DNA of 63,455 bases, the filler included, from Octopus bimaculoides (taxonomy: Eukaryota): NCBI RefSeq assembly GCF_001194135.2. It is 6 parts of 6 records of this genome, joined end to end, with 100 filler letters (N's around TTAATTAATTAA, not from the genome) between each part and the next. Parts side by side here need not be neighbours in the genome. Positions count along the whole stretch, not along the records: positions 1 to 15,732 come from NC_068981.1; 5 more parts are not named here. One strand, 5' to 3'. The position numbers and the translations under genes were made by a program. Shown piece by piece: positions 1-13,510 of the stretch. Positions within the stretch are counted from its first letter, which is position 1. Each line of letters opens with the position of its first letter. Below the pieces are notes generated by a model. It was given only the letters and a program-made list of their open reading frames with translations. It searched no databases and was not told the origin of the DNA.

Positions 1-508
1 ACATACAACGTCATAGATTAAACTTTCATCTCAGTATTCTTTACCTATTTTTCATAACATAGATACGTAAAAACACACACAACCACACATATATGACCTG
101 TGACAACAACATACACATTGCTCTCAATCTCTATTCATTTCTCCCCCTCTTCCTCTCTCGCTCTCTGTGCAAGTAAACACAATCATTCACATCGTGGTAT
201 ATTTACAAAACATTGATGGCATAACTATAGAGTTGTATCCCCCAACTTTGGAAGGTCATAACTTTCATAAAAATGAATATTTTTTAATGAAATTTTCTAT
301 GCATATATTATTTATTATGTAGATTCCAAACACACATTCAAAAACAAACACCTATTTTCAGTACGTCGCCTGTAAGCTTTCTTCTCATACACTATACCAC
401 AAACAGAATAAACCCTACACACACAGAGACACAAATTATCATTACTATTAGCTCTTGTATGCAATAGACACTCTCAATCTCCCACACAGGCTCATTACCA
501 TGATATAT

Positions 509-562
<54 letters not shown>

Positions 563-606
563 TTAAACATATTTCCATTACACACATTTTTTTTCTATTC
601 TAGGCA

Positions 607-682
607 CATCATCATCATCATCATCGTTTAACGTCCGTTTTCCATGCTGGCATGGGCTGGACGGTTTGACTGGGGTCTGGGT
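607..682 (-). mobile_element. RTE-type 3' tail fragment ending in (GAT)n
   Basis: Reverse complement of cccatgccagcatggaaaacggacgttaaacgatgatgat, the same tail as at 20940-20990. Confidence 0.75.
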
Positions 683-729
683 AGCTTTCCATTAGTATTT
701 ATTTGTCATGTGTTTACTATATTCCAAAG

Positions 730-811
730 AGTTATTGCTACTGAAGATGCAGATTTTAAGCCATTCCTGCTTGATCTGCTGAAATGGAAAGAGCTCATTC
801 ATATGAACTGA
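730..811 (+). CDS. Candidate terminal exon of an unidentified upstream gene
   Basis: AG acceptor at 728-729. Reads VIATEDADFKPFLLDLLKWKELIHMN*, with AATAAA at about 840. No homology recognised. Confidence 0.25.
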
Positions 812-2424
812 TAGAAAGAAAAAAAAAGAATTAAAAAAAAATAAATACAGTTCCTTATAATACTTCTGAAGAAATGACTTGTAATGTAAAAATGCATAAA
901 AAATATTTTATGTAATCGTTATGTAATAGTCACTGAAACACATGTAAAGTTATAAGTAAATAATTTCACACTTTATTCACCTGTCACCACCACCATCGTT
1001 TTAAGCTCCACTTTCCCATGCTTGCATGGATCAGATTGTTGAGGCAGATTTTCTACGGCTGGTTGCCCTTCTTATCAACAATCCTCATCTTTTTCCCTGT
1101 AAGTTAACAATTTCTCCTTGAATGCACATATTTTCACAGAAGACTGGAAATGAAGAACTGCTTGTATGATGTGAAATGAAGAACTTGCTTACAACAATCA
1201 TGTTGTCTCAAGACAAGGAAACACACACACACACATGCACACATGCAATGGGCTTCTTGCAGTTTCTATCTCCCTGCACCATTGAAATTGTGGGATGAAA
1301 AGGACTTCAAAAGTTATTACATGTATGGGGTGAATTGAGATTTCAAGAATTACCTGGAGCATTATCCAAAGGCAGCCTTTGGTTCAAGATTATTCTTTTA
1401 TAGTAAAGTTTGATAACAAGATGGGGATGTTCAAATAACCATTCAGTAAACAAATCTGATATAATGAAAGCTTCTCAGATAGATTTTCCCATAACAAGCA
1501 AAATAAATTTGGAGATATCTATTCTTGCGTTTGGAGTATCAGAATTAAAAAAAAAAAAAGCAATGGCTTAAGTTTCAAATCTTCAGTGACATTAATATCA
1601 GATGATCTTTAACTGCTTTATACTCTGCTACCATTCATTTCTTCTTTGATGTAAATATTTTAGATGGTTTACTCCAAAATAGCCAATATTCATCTAGATT
1701 AACACTTTGTCTGTCCTGTGAGTCACATGTGATACACAGCACATATTTCCCTGGTGCCTATCCATCATGTATAATGAACATTCCCAATTTTTTTTCACCT
1801 ACCACTGTAACTTGGGACTTATGAAAGGAAAGCTTCATATTACTCAGAATGTATGAAACAAGTGTGAACTAACAGTTTGAAAACAAGCATAGACAGGTAG
1901 GACAGACATAAAAATGCTTTGGATTGACAAAAGATTGAAAATTAGAGATTGTGGATATTTATCTCTTTCTGTAATATGCTTCAATCGTGATTGAAATTCT
2001 GATGCAGTCTGGATGTCAGCCCTGGCTGATACCTCTGCTATCTGCATGCTTTATAGAATAGATTACTTCTAATTTTCAAACCTTCCACAAAAAGCAACAC
2101 ACATTTGAGTGACTTCCTCAGTTTCTCATTTCAGCTGATTTAAATAAATTTAATGTGTTTTGGGAGAGAATGCTTTGGAAGTGGAATGAATGAACCACCA
2201 AAATGCTTAGAAAGGTTTCAAATTTTGGCACAAAACCAGCAAGTTCAAGGGAGGGAATAAGTTGATCACATCAGCCCGAGTGTTCAACTGGTACTTATTT
2301 TATTGACCCTGAAAGGATGAAGAGCAAAGTTGATCCAGGTAGCATTTGAACTTAGAATTTAAAGTTGGATGATACTGCTCCGCATTTTGCCCAGTGTGCT
2401 AATGATTCTGCCAGCTTGCTGCTT

Positions 2425-2672
2425 TAAAAAAGTGCTTAGCATATTCTCCATATTTTCCATGAGTTTATTGTGTGTACACGCTAATCTAGAAGCAGAACAC
2501 TCACTTGAATTTTGCATAGCAACTTCTATTTTGTTGGATTGAATCATTACGAGTTTTAAAGTCGACAATTTGCATCCTTAAAATTCTGTAATAACACATT
2601 TTCTCCTCCTTTTACCATTTTTATAACCTTTAGTTTGGTATCTAATGATATTGCTTCATGCTTATGTGACAT
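2425..2672 (-). pseudogene. Tigger/pogo transposase N-terminal (CENP-B-type HTH) remnant
   Basis: MSHKHEAISLDTKLKVIKMVKGGE, then after a frameshift STLKLVMIQSNKIEVAMQNSSECSASRLACTHNKLMENMENMLSTF. Both are typical Tigger N-terminal motifs. Confidence 0.7.
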
Positions 2673-3350
2673 GCCATGGAATAAGTTGATTCTTTTTTTA
2701 GTCACTGCATTTAAGTAATTTTGAACTTGTTGCATATGTGGTGTAATGTAGCACAAGCAAACATGTCAGTACACAAAATGGGCAACTACCTGTGATTGAC
2801 TGATTTTTCTTTGTGTGCAGTAATAAAACAATGAGATGGATTCTTCTAAGCGAGTTCAAATCAGTGGGAAATACCAGGATAGCCAAGCAATGAGTATGCA
2901 TTTTTTTCCTTTGTGAATTTAGTTGTTAAATTGGTGCAATATTATGCTTCATTATTTTGAAGTTTTGTTTGCAGACAAAACACAAAACTGATATGTGTAT
3001 GCATGTACATACACAGATACATACATACATACATACATATATGTATGCATGTATGTTTATAAAAATATATTATCATAAGGTAAAGCTAAACATTTTTTTA
3101 ACATATATATAAATGTCATATGTTTAAATGACATTTCCTTATGTTTATAAACAGTGCTATAAACAGGGAAATAGATAAATAGAAAAATATTAGAAAGTAT
3201 GATAGTAGCAACCACTGAATATATATTCTTCTAATAATTATTAATTGGCCAATGTTACCATGCATCACAAAAGTTCAAATCTTCTTTTGAGCTGCAAAAA
3301 TAGACCCAGAAATCATCAATGGGTCCTTACAATTTTGGCATGCATGCACG

Positions 3351-3404
<54 letters not shown>

Positions 3405-3407
3405 TAC

Positions 3408-3800
3408 ATACATACTGGTGGAATTACCAGTGAAGACCTCAATAAAATGTAAGCACAACAGACTTGATATAATGATTTGGGATAGAGAAGAGAAACTGTG
3501 TACAGTTGTGGAAATTAGCTGCCCTGCAGATGTTAACATAAAACTAAAGATCAGTGAAAAAGAGAACACCTATGCTGAACTATTGAGAAATCTGCAGTTA
3601 CTCTGTCCAGATTACAAGTTCAGGTTTATACCTGTAATTATTGGGGCCCTGGAATATGTAACAAACTGCCTAAGTACTAATCTTGAGAAATTAGGATTCT
3701 CAAAACCAGAAAGGAAAAAGCTAATTTGAAGACTACAGATCCAATCCATCACTGGAACAGTAAAAATCTGTAAAACTTTGCAGAAGTTTATCATTCAAAT
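3408..3800 (+). mobile_element. 5'-truncated RLE-type non-LTR retrotransposon (R4/NeSL/CRE-like), endonuclease C-terminus
   Basis: KHNRLDIMIWDREEKLCTVVEISCPAD...FIPVIIGALEYV (PD-(D/E)xK-like plus PxIIGALG motif). In-frame TGA at 3727. Flanked by (CA)n and (CATA)n. Confidence 0.8.
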
Positions 3801-3840
3801 ATATATGAGCATGTCTAGGTATGTAACTATATGCATGAGA

Positions 3841-3871
<31 letters not shown>

Positions 3872-4269
3872 CATACATACATACATACATGCATGCATGC
3901 ATACATACATACATACATACATACATACATACATACATACATACATGCATGCATGTATTCATGCATGCATGCAAACGAACAAATTTACCCTGTTGTTGAT
4001 GTTGAAATTCCAATGAAGGAGCCTTGGATCTAGGTTAGAAACCAGTTCTTTCTCTATTGGCAAGAAATCTTGAAATAAACTGAATAATCACACACACACA
4101 CACACACACACACAAGCACACGTACATACACACACGTACATACACACACGCACACATACATGTATTATTAATCAGTGGTCCATAAGTCACAGGAAAGCAC
4201 ACTCTAAAAGAGAAAGACTGTATATCTAGTATGTTTATCTCCTGCTTTAAAGAGGCTGTGTACTTCCAG

Positions 4270-4328
4270 CTAGCATACTTGATGAGTTGCCAGTGTTGCC
4301 AAATGCAGTAGTAGATGCAAAACCAATG
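4270..4328 (+). CDS. Candidate isolated internal exon
   Basis: tacttccag acceptor, ATG/GTAACT donor, open frame SILDELPVLPNAVVDAKPM. It does not match CHDH. Confidence 0.2.
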
Positions 4329-5675
4329 GTAACTTTCTGATCATTATATCATATATCATAACAAGGGTATACTACTTGACAATATGCATATGAGGACGCA
4401 TGAACTCGTGGTTAGGATGTTGTACACACGATTGTGGGTGGTGTGCTGTGTTCTTGAGCAAAACACTTCATCTCTCATTGCTCTGTGATCACTTTGACAC
4501 CGGACGTGTCGTACATCATGCAACTGTTAAAGCAATGTCAATTTGATGGAGGGAATGAGCTAATGTACATTACGTAAATTTGATCACTATAAGGAAATCA
4601 TTTGTGCAGGCTGTTTGGCAAAGCTGAACACTCATATGTCATCTTCAACAGGAAAGTCCATCATGTATATATGTGTGTGTGCACACAAATACATATTCAT
4701 ATACGTGTATATATATATATATATNNNNNNNNNNNNNNNNNNNNNNNNNNNNNNNNNNNNNNNNNNNNNNNNNNNNNNNNNNNNNNNNNNNNNNNNNNNN
4801 NNNNNNNNNNNNNNNNNNNNNNNNNNNNNNNNNNNNNNNNNNNNNNNNNNNNNNNNNNNNNNNNNNNNNNNNNNNNNNNNNNNNNNNNNNNNNNNNNNNN
4901 NNNNNNNNNNNNNNNNNNNNNNNNNNNNNNNNNNNNNNNNTATATATAACAAAAGAGGGGTTGTTTCCACACAGGAAAAAATATAGGGGAATATGTTGTT
5001 GAAAATGCACCTAAATTTCAAAAACTCATAATTGTTTAAAATACATTTATTTACATATATACCAAACTAGTTTCAACAATATTTTTTGCTTATCAATGGT
5101 AAAAGTTTAAAATGATGAATCAGAAAAACATCTTTAAAAGTTTCAATGTTGACAAATTAGCATGTTCAAAACAGATAAATTTAGCATTATGAATTAGGAG
5201 GACAGGTGCAAGTTTGAATGTTCATAGCAGTCAATAATATTAAAACTGTATATCAATTTGTTTGAATGCACAAAGCTCATTAATGGTAGTGGTGATCGAC
5301 AAGTCATACTGAGTTAAGACGGAAAAAGCCAAGGGAGAAATGAAAATAGTAAAAAAAAGAAATTTGGTTTTACAGTTTCTCTGATCCTCACACACATATT
5401 TCTATGTAATATAGTTTAGTGATGATCGAATATAATACTAAAAAGTTACGCTCATAACTTTGAATCATGAGGCTGCCATAGGCCATCTTTGTTGCAGCAC
5501 CCATTTTTGCTAGTATTCAACATAAACACATTACATGTACATCTGATGAATGTAGGATAAACAGCTTTACATGAAACTGAGATTCACGAGCATCATCTGT
5601 TCACATGAATGACATTAAGCTATATAATATACTTTCTTTATTTTCATATAACTGAGTGCTTTCTTTTTCTTTTTT

Positions 5676-5994
5676 GATGGAGAGGGAACCCGTGGAAGAG
5701 GTAGGCCCAGGAAGACCTGGGCTGAGGTGGTGAGGCAAGACCTTCGTACATTGGGCCTCACTGAGGCGATGACTACGGACCGAGACCTTTGGAAATGTGC
5801 TGTGCGTGAGAAGACCCGGCAAGCCAAGTAAGATCGTTGCCAGTGCCCCTGGACTGGTTCTTGTGCGGGTGGCACATGAGATGCACCATTTTGAGCGTGG
5901 CCGTTGCCAGTACCGCCTGACTGGCTCCTGTAGGATTTTCGAGCGAGATCGTTGCCAGTGCCCCTGGACTGGCTTGTGCGGGTGGCACATAAAA
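5676..5994 (+). mobile_element. RTE LINE 3' end with tandemly repeated 3' UTR unit
   Basis: EGTRGRGRPRKTWAEVVRQDLRTLGLTEAMTTDRDLWKCAVREKTRQAK*, followed by two copies of gatcgttgccagtgcccctggactgg. Runs into a gap. Confidence 0.85.
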
Positions 5995-6881
5995 NNNNNN
6001 NNNNNNNNNNNNNNNNNNNNNNNNNNNNNNNNNNNNNNNNNNNNNNNNNNNNNNNNNNNNNNNNNNNNNNNNNNNNNNNNNNNNNNNNNNNNNNNNNNNN
6101 NNNNNNNNNNNNNNNNNNNNNNNNNNNNNNNNNNNNNNNNNNNNNNNNNNNNNNNNNNNNNNNNNNNNNNNNNNNNNNNNNNNNNNNNNNNNNNNNNNNN
6201 NNNNNNNNNNNNNNNNNNNNNNNNNNNNNNNNNNNNNNNNNNNNNNNNNNNNNNNNNNNNNNNNNNNNNNNNNNNNNNNNNNNNNNNNNNNNNNNNNNNN
6301 NNNNNNNNNNNNNNNNNNNNNNNNNNNNNNNNNNNNNNNNNNNNNNNNNNNNNNNNNNNNNNNNNNNNNNNNNNNNNNNNNNNNNNNNNNNNNNNNNNNN
6401 NNNNNNNNNNNNNNNNNNNNNNNNNNNNNNNNNNNNNNNNNNNNNNNNNNNNNNNNNNNNNNNNNNNNNNNNNNNNNNNNNNNNNNNNNNNNNNNNNNNN
6501 NNNNNNNNNNNNNNNNNNNNNNNNNNNNNNNNNNNNNNNNNNNNNNNNNNNNNNNNNNNNNNNNNNNNNNNNNNNNNNNNNNNNNNNNNNNNNNNNNNNN
6601 NNNNNNNNNNNNNNNNNNNNNNNNNNNNNNNNNNNNNNNNNNNNNNNNNNNNNNNNNNNNNNNNNNNNNNNNNNNNNNNNNNNNNNNNNNNNNNNNNNNN
6701 NNNNNNNNNNNNNNNNNNNNNNNNNNNNNNNNNNNNNNNNNNNNNNNNNNNNNNNNNNNNNNNNNNNNNNNNNNNNNNNNNNNNNNNNNNNNNNNNNNNN
6801 NNNNNNNNNNNNNNNNNNNNNNNNNNNNNNNNNNNNNNNNNNNNNNNNNNNNNNNNNNNNNNNNNNNNNNNNNNNNNNNNN

Positions 6882-6922
<41 letters not shown>

Positions 6923-7045
6923 CACACACACACACAGACACACATATGCACATTTATATAAAATAATTGAGTGCATAAAGAAACACAAACATCATTATAT
7001 ACACAATATGGTTGATATATGCATTGAGCTTTCTATGGAGACATA

Positions 7046-7264
7046 TGAGGATGAGCTGAAAAGTTCTTGGCTTTTAGGGTATCTTGAAAGGCATAGCTGG
7101 AGGCCCAACCTTCTGAATTCTTTTAAATGGCTAGGAAAAGAATGAAGGACTGCTGCGATAAGTCTGTGAATCTGAGAGGGGGAATAAGTTGAATAAAATT
7201 ATAATTAACTGATCCGCTTGTATTTTTTTTTACCTAAAGCCAGGAACTTTGCAGCACAACCACA
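7046..7264 (+). mobile_element. Mariner-derived MITE
   Basis: Imperfect ~28-bp TIRs (gctgaaaagttcttggcttt / aaagccaggaactttgcagc), TA on both sides, and an internal decayed transposase C-terminus. Confidence 0.75.
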
Positions 7265-8101
7265 TATTTACATATTACCACACACACACACACACATGAA
7301 CATACACATGTATTACAACCGTTTTATACACCTGTATAACATATATCTCTATAACCTAACTCAGTTAGTAGAAGTAAATTCTCTCCTCACACAGTAAAGA
7401 CCAGAATAAATTGAATGAAAGACAGGAACCAAAGAATCATTTTACCATTATGGCACCATATTTAATGCATTTTGGTGCTGCACTGATGGCATGTGGCTTA
7501 TGATCATTGTACATTACTATACATATTAACACTGAATCACACAGTGAAAATGTGCCTAACATCACCATTTATTGAATTATACATTGAATTTAATGCATTA
7601 AATTAGCATTTTTGAATGAATTAGAAATCATAACTGTTGTCTGAATTGGCACGAGCCACTGTTGCATTGTGTGTGAGTGTGTATATGTGTGCACATGCAT
7701 ACAGGCGTGTGAGTATGTGTGGATATTAGTTGGTCTGTCTCTATCTATCTATCTATCTCTCTGTCTATCTATCTATATGCATATGTATATATATCTATAT
7801 ATATGTATATATATATATATATGTGTGTATATGTATGTGTGTATACATACGTACATATATTTAGACATTAGGTGAGAGCAGGAGCTCAGTATAGAAAACA
7901 TATAGTAGTGCTCAAATGAATTTGAACTTAAACTCTGAATTATTCAGCTGATATGCAGGTAGTAATGCATAGAAACACAGTTACGCTTGAGTTACAAAAT
8001 TACATATTTTCCTTATATTTTATTCTGTATTTTTTGTGTTCCATGTGAGTATATATACATATCGAGCCTAACTGTGTTTGGTGGCATTACTATATATATA
8101 T

Positions 8102-8760
8102 AGGGTGTGGTGAATAAACTGTCGTCTAAATTACACAAAAATGAAAATAACACTGACATCTCATTTTAACAGATATATTTACCAAAATTACATAGAAATA
8201 TCTTGAAATACTAAAGAGTAAATATATTCAATAAAATCGCAATTGGCTTCGACCACGACCTCCAGATGACTTCGGAATCTCCTGCAACTCCTCTGGATGG
8301 TCTCCTTATTTAAGTTGGTGAATGCTGCAATAATCCTTGCCTTCAGTTCATCTTGGGTGTTACAAGAAGTTTTATCGGTCACTCGCTCAACTGCACCCCA
8401 CACATAATAATCAAGGGAGTTGCAGTCTGAGAGGTTAGATGGCTAGATGTGAGGGGTGATGTCACAGAAATTGTCTGACAGCCATGACTGGGTTTCCCTG
8501 CTTGTGTGGCTTGGTGCAGAATCCTGTTGCCAGATATAGAATCTTTCAGCAGCCATCCTCTTGACCCAGGGCAGCACTACCTCCTCCAGGCACTTGATGT
8601 AGGCCTCTGTGTGAGTCTGAGGCCATGTGGGAAGATGAATGGAGGCATAACGTTGCCATCACTAGTGATCACTCCAAACACCATGATATTGACTGGATGT
8701 TTGATTTTTATCACTCTTAGTACATGTCCTCAGATTGACATCCAAACATTCTGAAATGTT
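8102..8760 (-). mobile_element. Tc1/mariner (DD37D/maT-like) transposase C-terminal remnant with one end
   Basis: Decayed WPPNSPD-NPLDYYVWG motif at about 8400-8460, then GAVERVTDKTSCNTQDELKARIIAAF...VVEANCDFIE. The AGGGTGT end abuts (TA)n. Confidence 0.8.
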
Positions 8761-8966
8761 CATCCTGGAGCTTCTGGTGTGAATGCCAAGCAGTACAGCA
8801 TGTCATTTCCAAATTTCTGGCAGAGTGAATTGCGTCATAGTGCTGTTTTTCTCACAGAAGGTATCCAATTTTACCCTTCTATACTGTGTAGTCAACAAAA
8901 TCAAAAAAATCTCCTAATATAATAATGAGCGTTGTCTTTTTATATATTTGTATGTGTGTATATATA

Positions 8967-9370
8967 TACTCTTTTACTTGTTTCAGTCATTTGACTGTGG
9001 CCATGCTGAAGCACCGCCTTTAGTCGAGAAAATCAACCCCAGGACTTATTCTTTGTAANNNNNNNNNNAAAATCAACCCCAGGACTTATTCTTTGTAAGC
9101 CTAGTACTTATTCTATCGGTCTCTTTTGCCGAACAGCTAAGTTACAGGGATGTAAACACACCAGCATTGGTTGTTAAGCAATGTTTTGGGGACAAACACA
9201 GACACACAAACATACATATATATATATACATATATATGATGGGCTGCTTTCAGTTTCCGTCTACCAAATCCACTCACAAGGCTTTAGTTGGTCCAAGGCT
9301 GTAGTAGAAGATACTGCCATGCAGTGAGACTGAACCCGGAACCATGTGGTTTGTAAGCAAGCTACTTACC
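8967..9370 (-). mobile_element. SINE family A copy
   Basis: Reverse-complement homolog of 44314-44735. Confidence 0.88.
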
Positions 9371-9496
9371 AAGAGAGGTATGTTTTGTGAACATGTGTAT
9401 GTGTGTGTATACAATGGAAATGGGATGGTAATATTTAATGCTGAAAATGTGTATAAGAGAACTATGTGAAACTTTACGTATACATGTAAAGAAAAT

Positions 9497-9695
9497 ATGA
9501 AATATAATCCAGAATCCTTGTCCAGGACCAGATCAATCTCAAAAGCTAATCAGTTTGTGCCAGTCACAAGGCCAAACATCCCTGAAAGTTTCATCCAAAT
9601 CCATCCAGCGGTTCTTGTGATATCTTGTTAACGGACAAACAAACAAACACGACTGAAAACAATGCCACCGCCTTAGCGAAAGCAGAGGTAATAAT
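9497..9695 (-). mobile_element. Helentron-type non-autonomous element (HINE/DINE-like), 5' part
   Basis: On the - strand: acctctgc sub-terminal repeat, short inverted repeat and (GTTT)n, then ggatggatttggatgaaactt shared with 24374-24648. Confidence 0.6.
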
Positions 9696-10209
9696 AACAG
9701 ATGTGGAGAGAAAGATGAAAAATTCTAGAGCATTGCAGCTTGCAATAGAATTCTTTCTTACTGAATAAATATTTTTTATATTGTTGATGTTTAATGCTAA
9801 GTTAGCCTTGATTGAGTTGACCTGTGATCAAAGACTTTCCAGTTTTGACCTGCCTATCGTTTTCCAATGTTGCCCTTTTTTTAAGACAGTAGAAAGTTTT
9901 CTGAGCAAGATTTGGCTGCTACTTTGAGCAGGTTGAGTGAATGTGCAAAGACTTGTTTTGTTTTTTTACTTGATTCATTGTTATTGTTGTCCTTAGCTCC
10001 TAGTGAGCTCTAATTGGAAAAATCTGTGACCAATTGGGTTCCAGTCATGACTATCTCATGTTGTTTTTCAAACATAGTATATGAAGGACTACATTATATT
10101 ACATGTCACTTTATTAAAAACCGAAGAGTGTAATTTGAGGAAGATATAGCTGTTATTTACAGCAATCACTTAGAAGCATGCTCAATGAATCATGAACTCC
10201 TTATATGTA

Positions 10210-10442
10210 TTAATCCTTTTGTTGTTATGTTTCTTTTAAAATAAACTGTCCTTGTTCCAATTGATTTTTAAAATAATGAAGAATTTAGTAAAATAACTCT
10301 GTCATTATTAAGCTGATGTTTGAAACATAAATTTAATTGAAATTTTGATGGAAAGTTTTAATCTACGTCACTTAAAAAAAGCAAGAAATTTGTATCCTAG
10401 AATTAGAGGCAGTCTTAGACAGATTGGAATCAAAGAAGTTAA
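10210..10442. mobile_element. Old piggyBac-type MITE
   Basis: TTAA at both ends with decayed inverted termini (ttaatcctttt / aaagaagttaa). Confidence 0.45.
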
Positions 10443-11917
10443 AGGAGAATCAGCTCTAATGACTTCAAAAGAAAAGTGGAAAACTGAGTTTTGGCATTCA
10501 TGGCCTTCTCAAGGATATTACAGAACAATATGAATTCACTGCATTTTAGAGTAGAAGCTAGATTACTGGTCTCTAGCCCTAATATGGTCGTTTAAACCGC
10601 TAGAAATAGCAGCCAAATCTTCCTCCAAATTACATCATAATGTCTTGAAAAGAAAATGAGCACATTGAATAATGTAGCTTTGGTAATATAAAAGACTGAA
10701 TGGGTAAAGCTGGAGCATCTTTAATCATAAGCCTGTTCAATCAGAGCTGACCAGGGTTAAACAATAACAGCAATGACACCACTATCACCTACAGTACCTA
10801 TAGCAACAACAACAGTAACAGCTGCCTTTATTGCCTGTACAACTGCTGCCACCACCGCCACCATTTTCATTTGTTGTGTAGTATTGTTTTCAAATGTTTG
10901 ATTAAAGTTGACTAAAAAATAAAAATAAAAAGGAAGGAATGGAATCTATACTTTGGTAATGTGTTTCTAGTCACTAGGACAGCTTGTGATGTGTTTTTAT
11001 TCCCTCTCAAATATGCAAAAAAAAAACCAAAACAAAACAAAAAAAAACAACAAATAAATAAATAAATAAATAAAGCTAGATCTGTTTGGATTTGAACTCA
11101 AGAGTTCTTAGGATATAATATACTGTACTGTCTTACTCATCTCCATTAGTCTTTCTATTATACTTCTGATTATGGCAAACATCTAATTTCTTTTGGAGGA
11201 AAAATACATGTTTAATTTTTCTTGTTCAGTAACAATAGAAAGCTGTGTACTTGTAGTTCTTCATTGCACATAAAGCATTGATATGTCTGTCTTCTTACAC
11301 TTCTCTTTATGAAAATTAGTTGTATGTGGTTGAAGGTTACCATAGCAAACCTCATATAGATTTGTATTTAAAGACAAGGATATGCAATGTGAGCTTGATT
11401 ATATTGCACAGCAGTAAATATTTGGTGAATTGCATCCCTCACAAAACCAGAGGTGAGGAACCACCAAAGATTGTCGCCAAGTACATCTAGAATAACTAGA
11501 AGTGATGCATTTTAAGATAAAACTATAGTAGCGTTTGAACTCAGAATTGAAAGCTAACAGGTCAATTATAATATTTTCCCACTGTCTACACTTGTAAATA
11601 TCAGCTGCTCAGTGATTTTACTTACATCTAGATCAATGGTTCTTTATCTGGGCATTAGCACCTTATTGAAGGCATTGTGATCTCACTAAAGAGCAGCATA
11701 TATGAAGGAAATTTTGTGGAAGGTGGTACTGGGTGCTCAGAGACACCATGATTATTGTTAGAAGTAAAATATTTAAATAAGGTTCAATACTTATATTCTA
11801 TGTGCCCATTCTCTCCCCAGCCTCCCCAAAATCTTTGTTGGGGTTAAAATATGAGTAAGACATAATGAGCAAGAACATGACAAATGATGTACCAGTCATA
11901 TAATTTTTCTTTATATA

Positions 11918-12338
11918 GGTGCAGGCGTCGCTGTGGGGTAAGAAGCCTGCTTCTCAACCACATGGTGTTGGGTTCAGTCCCACTGTGTCGCACTTTGGGT
12001 AAGTGTCTTCTACTATAGCCTCCAGCTGACCAAAGCCCTGTGAGTGGATTTGGTAGATGGAAACTGAAAGAAGCCTGTTGTATATGTATATATACATATA
12101 TATGTGTGGGTGTATGCTTTGTGTCTGCTTTTGTCTCCCACCACTGCATGACAGCTGGTGTTGGTGTATTTACATCCCTGTAACTTAGCAGTTTGGCAAA
12201 AGATACCAATAGAATAAGTACCGGGCATAAAAAAAAAAATTAAAATACTGGGGTCGATTCATTCGACTAGAATTCTTCAAGGCAGTGCCCCAGCATGGCT
12301 GTAGTCTAGTGACTGAAACAAGTAAAAGAATAAAAGAA
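11918..12338 (+). mobile_element. SINE family A, full copy
   Basis: Homologous to 44314-44735. Confidence 0.88.
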
Positions 12339-12468
12339 GACTCCACCTTCTGTTATTTCCATAAAAATTTAACATAGGAGGTACCAGGCTTCTCAAATAT
12401 CTAAAAAGAAGCATGTGCTGGATGAGATGCCATAAAAGATTAGACTATAGCAACACAGGATGTGAATG

Positions 12469-13030
12469 GACCCTGTCAAGTCAGTTGTGAAATCGCAGCT
12501 GTGGCCAATGCCAGTGTTGTGTAACTGGCACTGATGCCAGTGGCATGTGAAAAGCACCCTTTGAATGTTGGGTGATATACTGTGCTTGAGAAGACCTGTC
12601 AAACCAAGTGAAATCATAATTGGGGCCGATCCCAGTGTCACATACCTGGCACCTGTGCTGGTGGCATGTAAAAAGCACCCTTTGAACTCTCAGCCTCACA
12701 AAGGCAGTGACAAGTGACTGAAACCTCTGGCAATATACTGTGCTTGAGAAAACCTGTCAAGCCAAGTGAGATCATAGTCGTGGCTGATGCTGGTGTTTTG
12801 TAACTGGTACCTGTGTCAGTGGCATGTAAAAGGCACCCACTACATCTTTGGAGTGGTTGGTATTAGGAAGGGCATCCAACTGTAGAAACCATGCCAAATC
12901 AGCTCCCCAGCTTACCAGTTTTCAGTCAAACTGTCTAGCACATACCAGTATGGAAAGCAGATGTTGAATGATAATGATGATGGTGATGATGATGATGGTG
13001 ATGATGATGATGGTGATGATGATGATGGTG
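12469..13030 (+). mobile_element. RTE 3' end with three tandem 3'-UTR units and compound (GAT)n tail
   Basis: Unit gacctgtcaagccaagtgaaatc...ggcatgtaaaaagcaccc at about 12469, 12593 and 12752. Then the ggagtggttgg-ttaggaagggcatcca tail and (GATGATGATGGT)n. Confidence 0.75.
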
Positions 13031-13349
13031 ATGATGATGATGATAATGATGAAAGAGTAACACATTTCAGAAAGTAGTTGTAAACAATATCTGTTAATTC
13101 TACATTATTTCCTCAATTAGCATCTAATTAAAGTGTTAGAAGTTAAAATCACAACTGCAAATATGATTTTAATTTATAATGAATCTTTTGTTATATTTTA
13201 TTATTTATAAACTGACACCCTAAGAAGTTGTGTTTTGGTAATTCTAGCCTGTGATGAAAATGATTAAGTCAAGAGAAATACAGTTAAGAGTCATTGTAGG
13301 AATTTTTAATATTCTTCTTGAATAACAGGCAGTCTTTATGAATAAATAA

Positions 13350-13510
13350 AAATATCTGTGCTGGTGTGGACAAATAGATGTGGCATATGAGGAATGATAG
13401 TTGGGTAAAAAAGGGTCAAATTATGCTAATGGAAAGAGCCTGCAGAAGAGGAAGACTGCAGCAGACATGGGTAGAATTAGGGAGGTTTGATCTCAGGATG
13501 CTGATCCTCT
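13350..13510 (+). mobile_element. Old RTE ORF2 3' fragment
   Basis: RRGRLQQTWVELGRFDLRML resembles GRGRPRKTW-EVV--DL. Confidence 0.5.

Noticed and set aside
1844-2047. 67-aa - strand ORF in unique sequence
   Set aside because: No homology, and no convincing splice pair or phase partner.
2821-2892. Strong + strand acceptor followed by a short open frame
   Set aside because: No recognisable homology or partner exon, and it is adjacent to a Tigger remnant.
3733-4016. ORFs with HT/YI/CV/LS/poly-I/poly-Y repeats here and elsewhere
   Set aside because: They are translations of microsatellites.
9029-9100. 30-bp direct repeat flanking a 10-N gap
   Set aside because: Typical unmerged contig overlap inside a SINE copy.
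12469-12840. Spaced repeats resembling a CRISPR array
   Set aside because: Units are over 100 bp, diverged, match the RTE 3' UTR, and there are no cas genes in a eukaryotic context.
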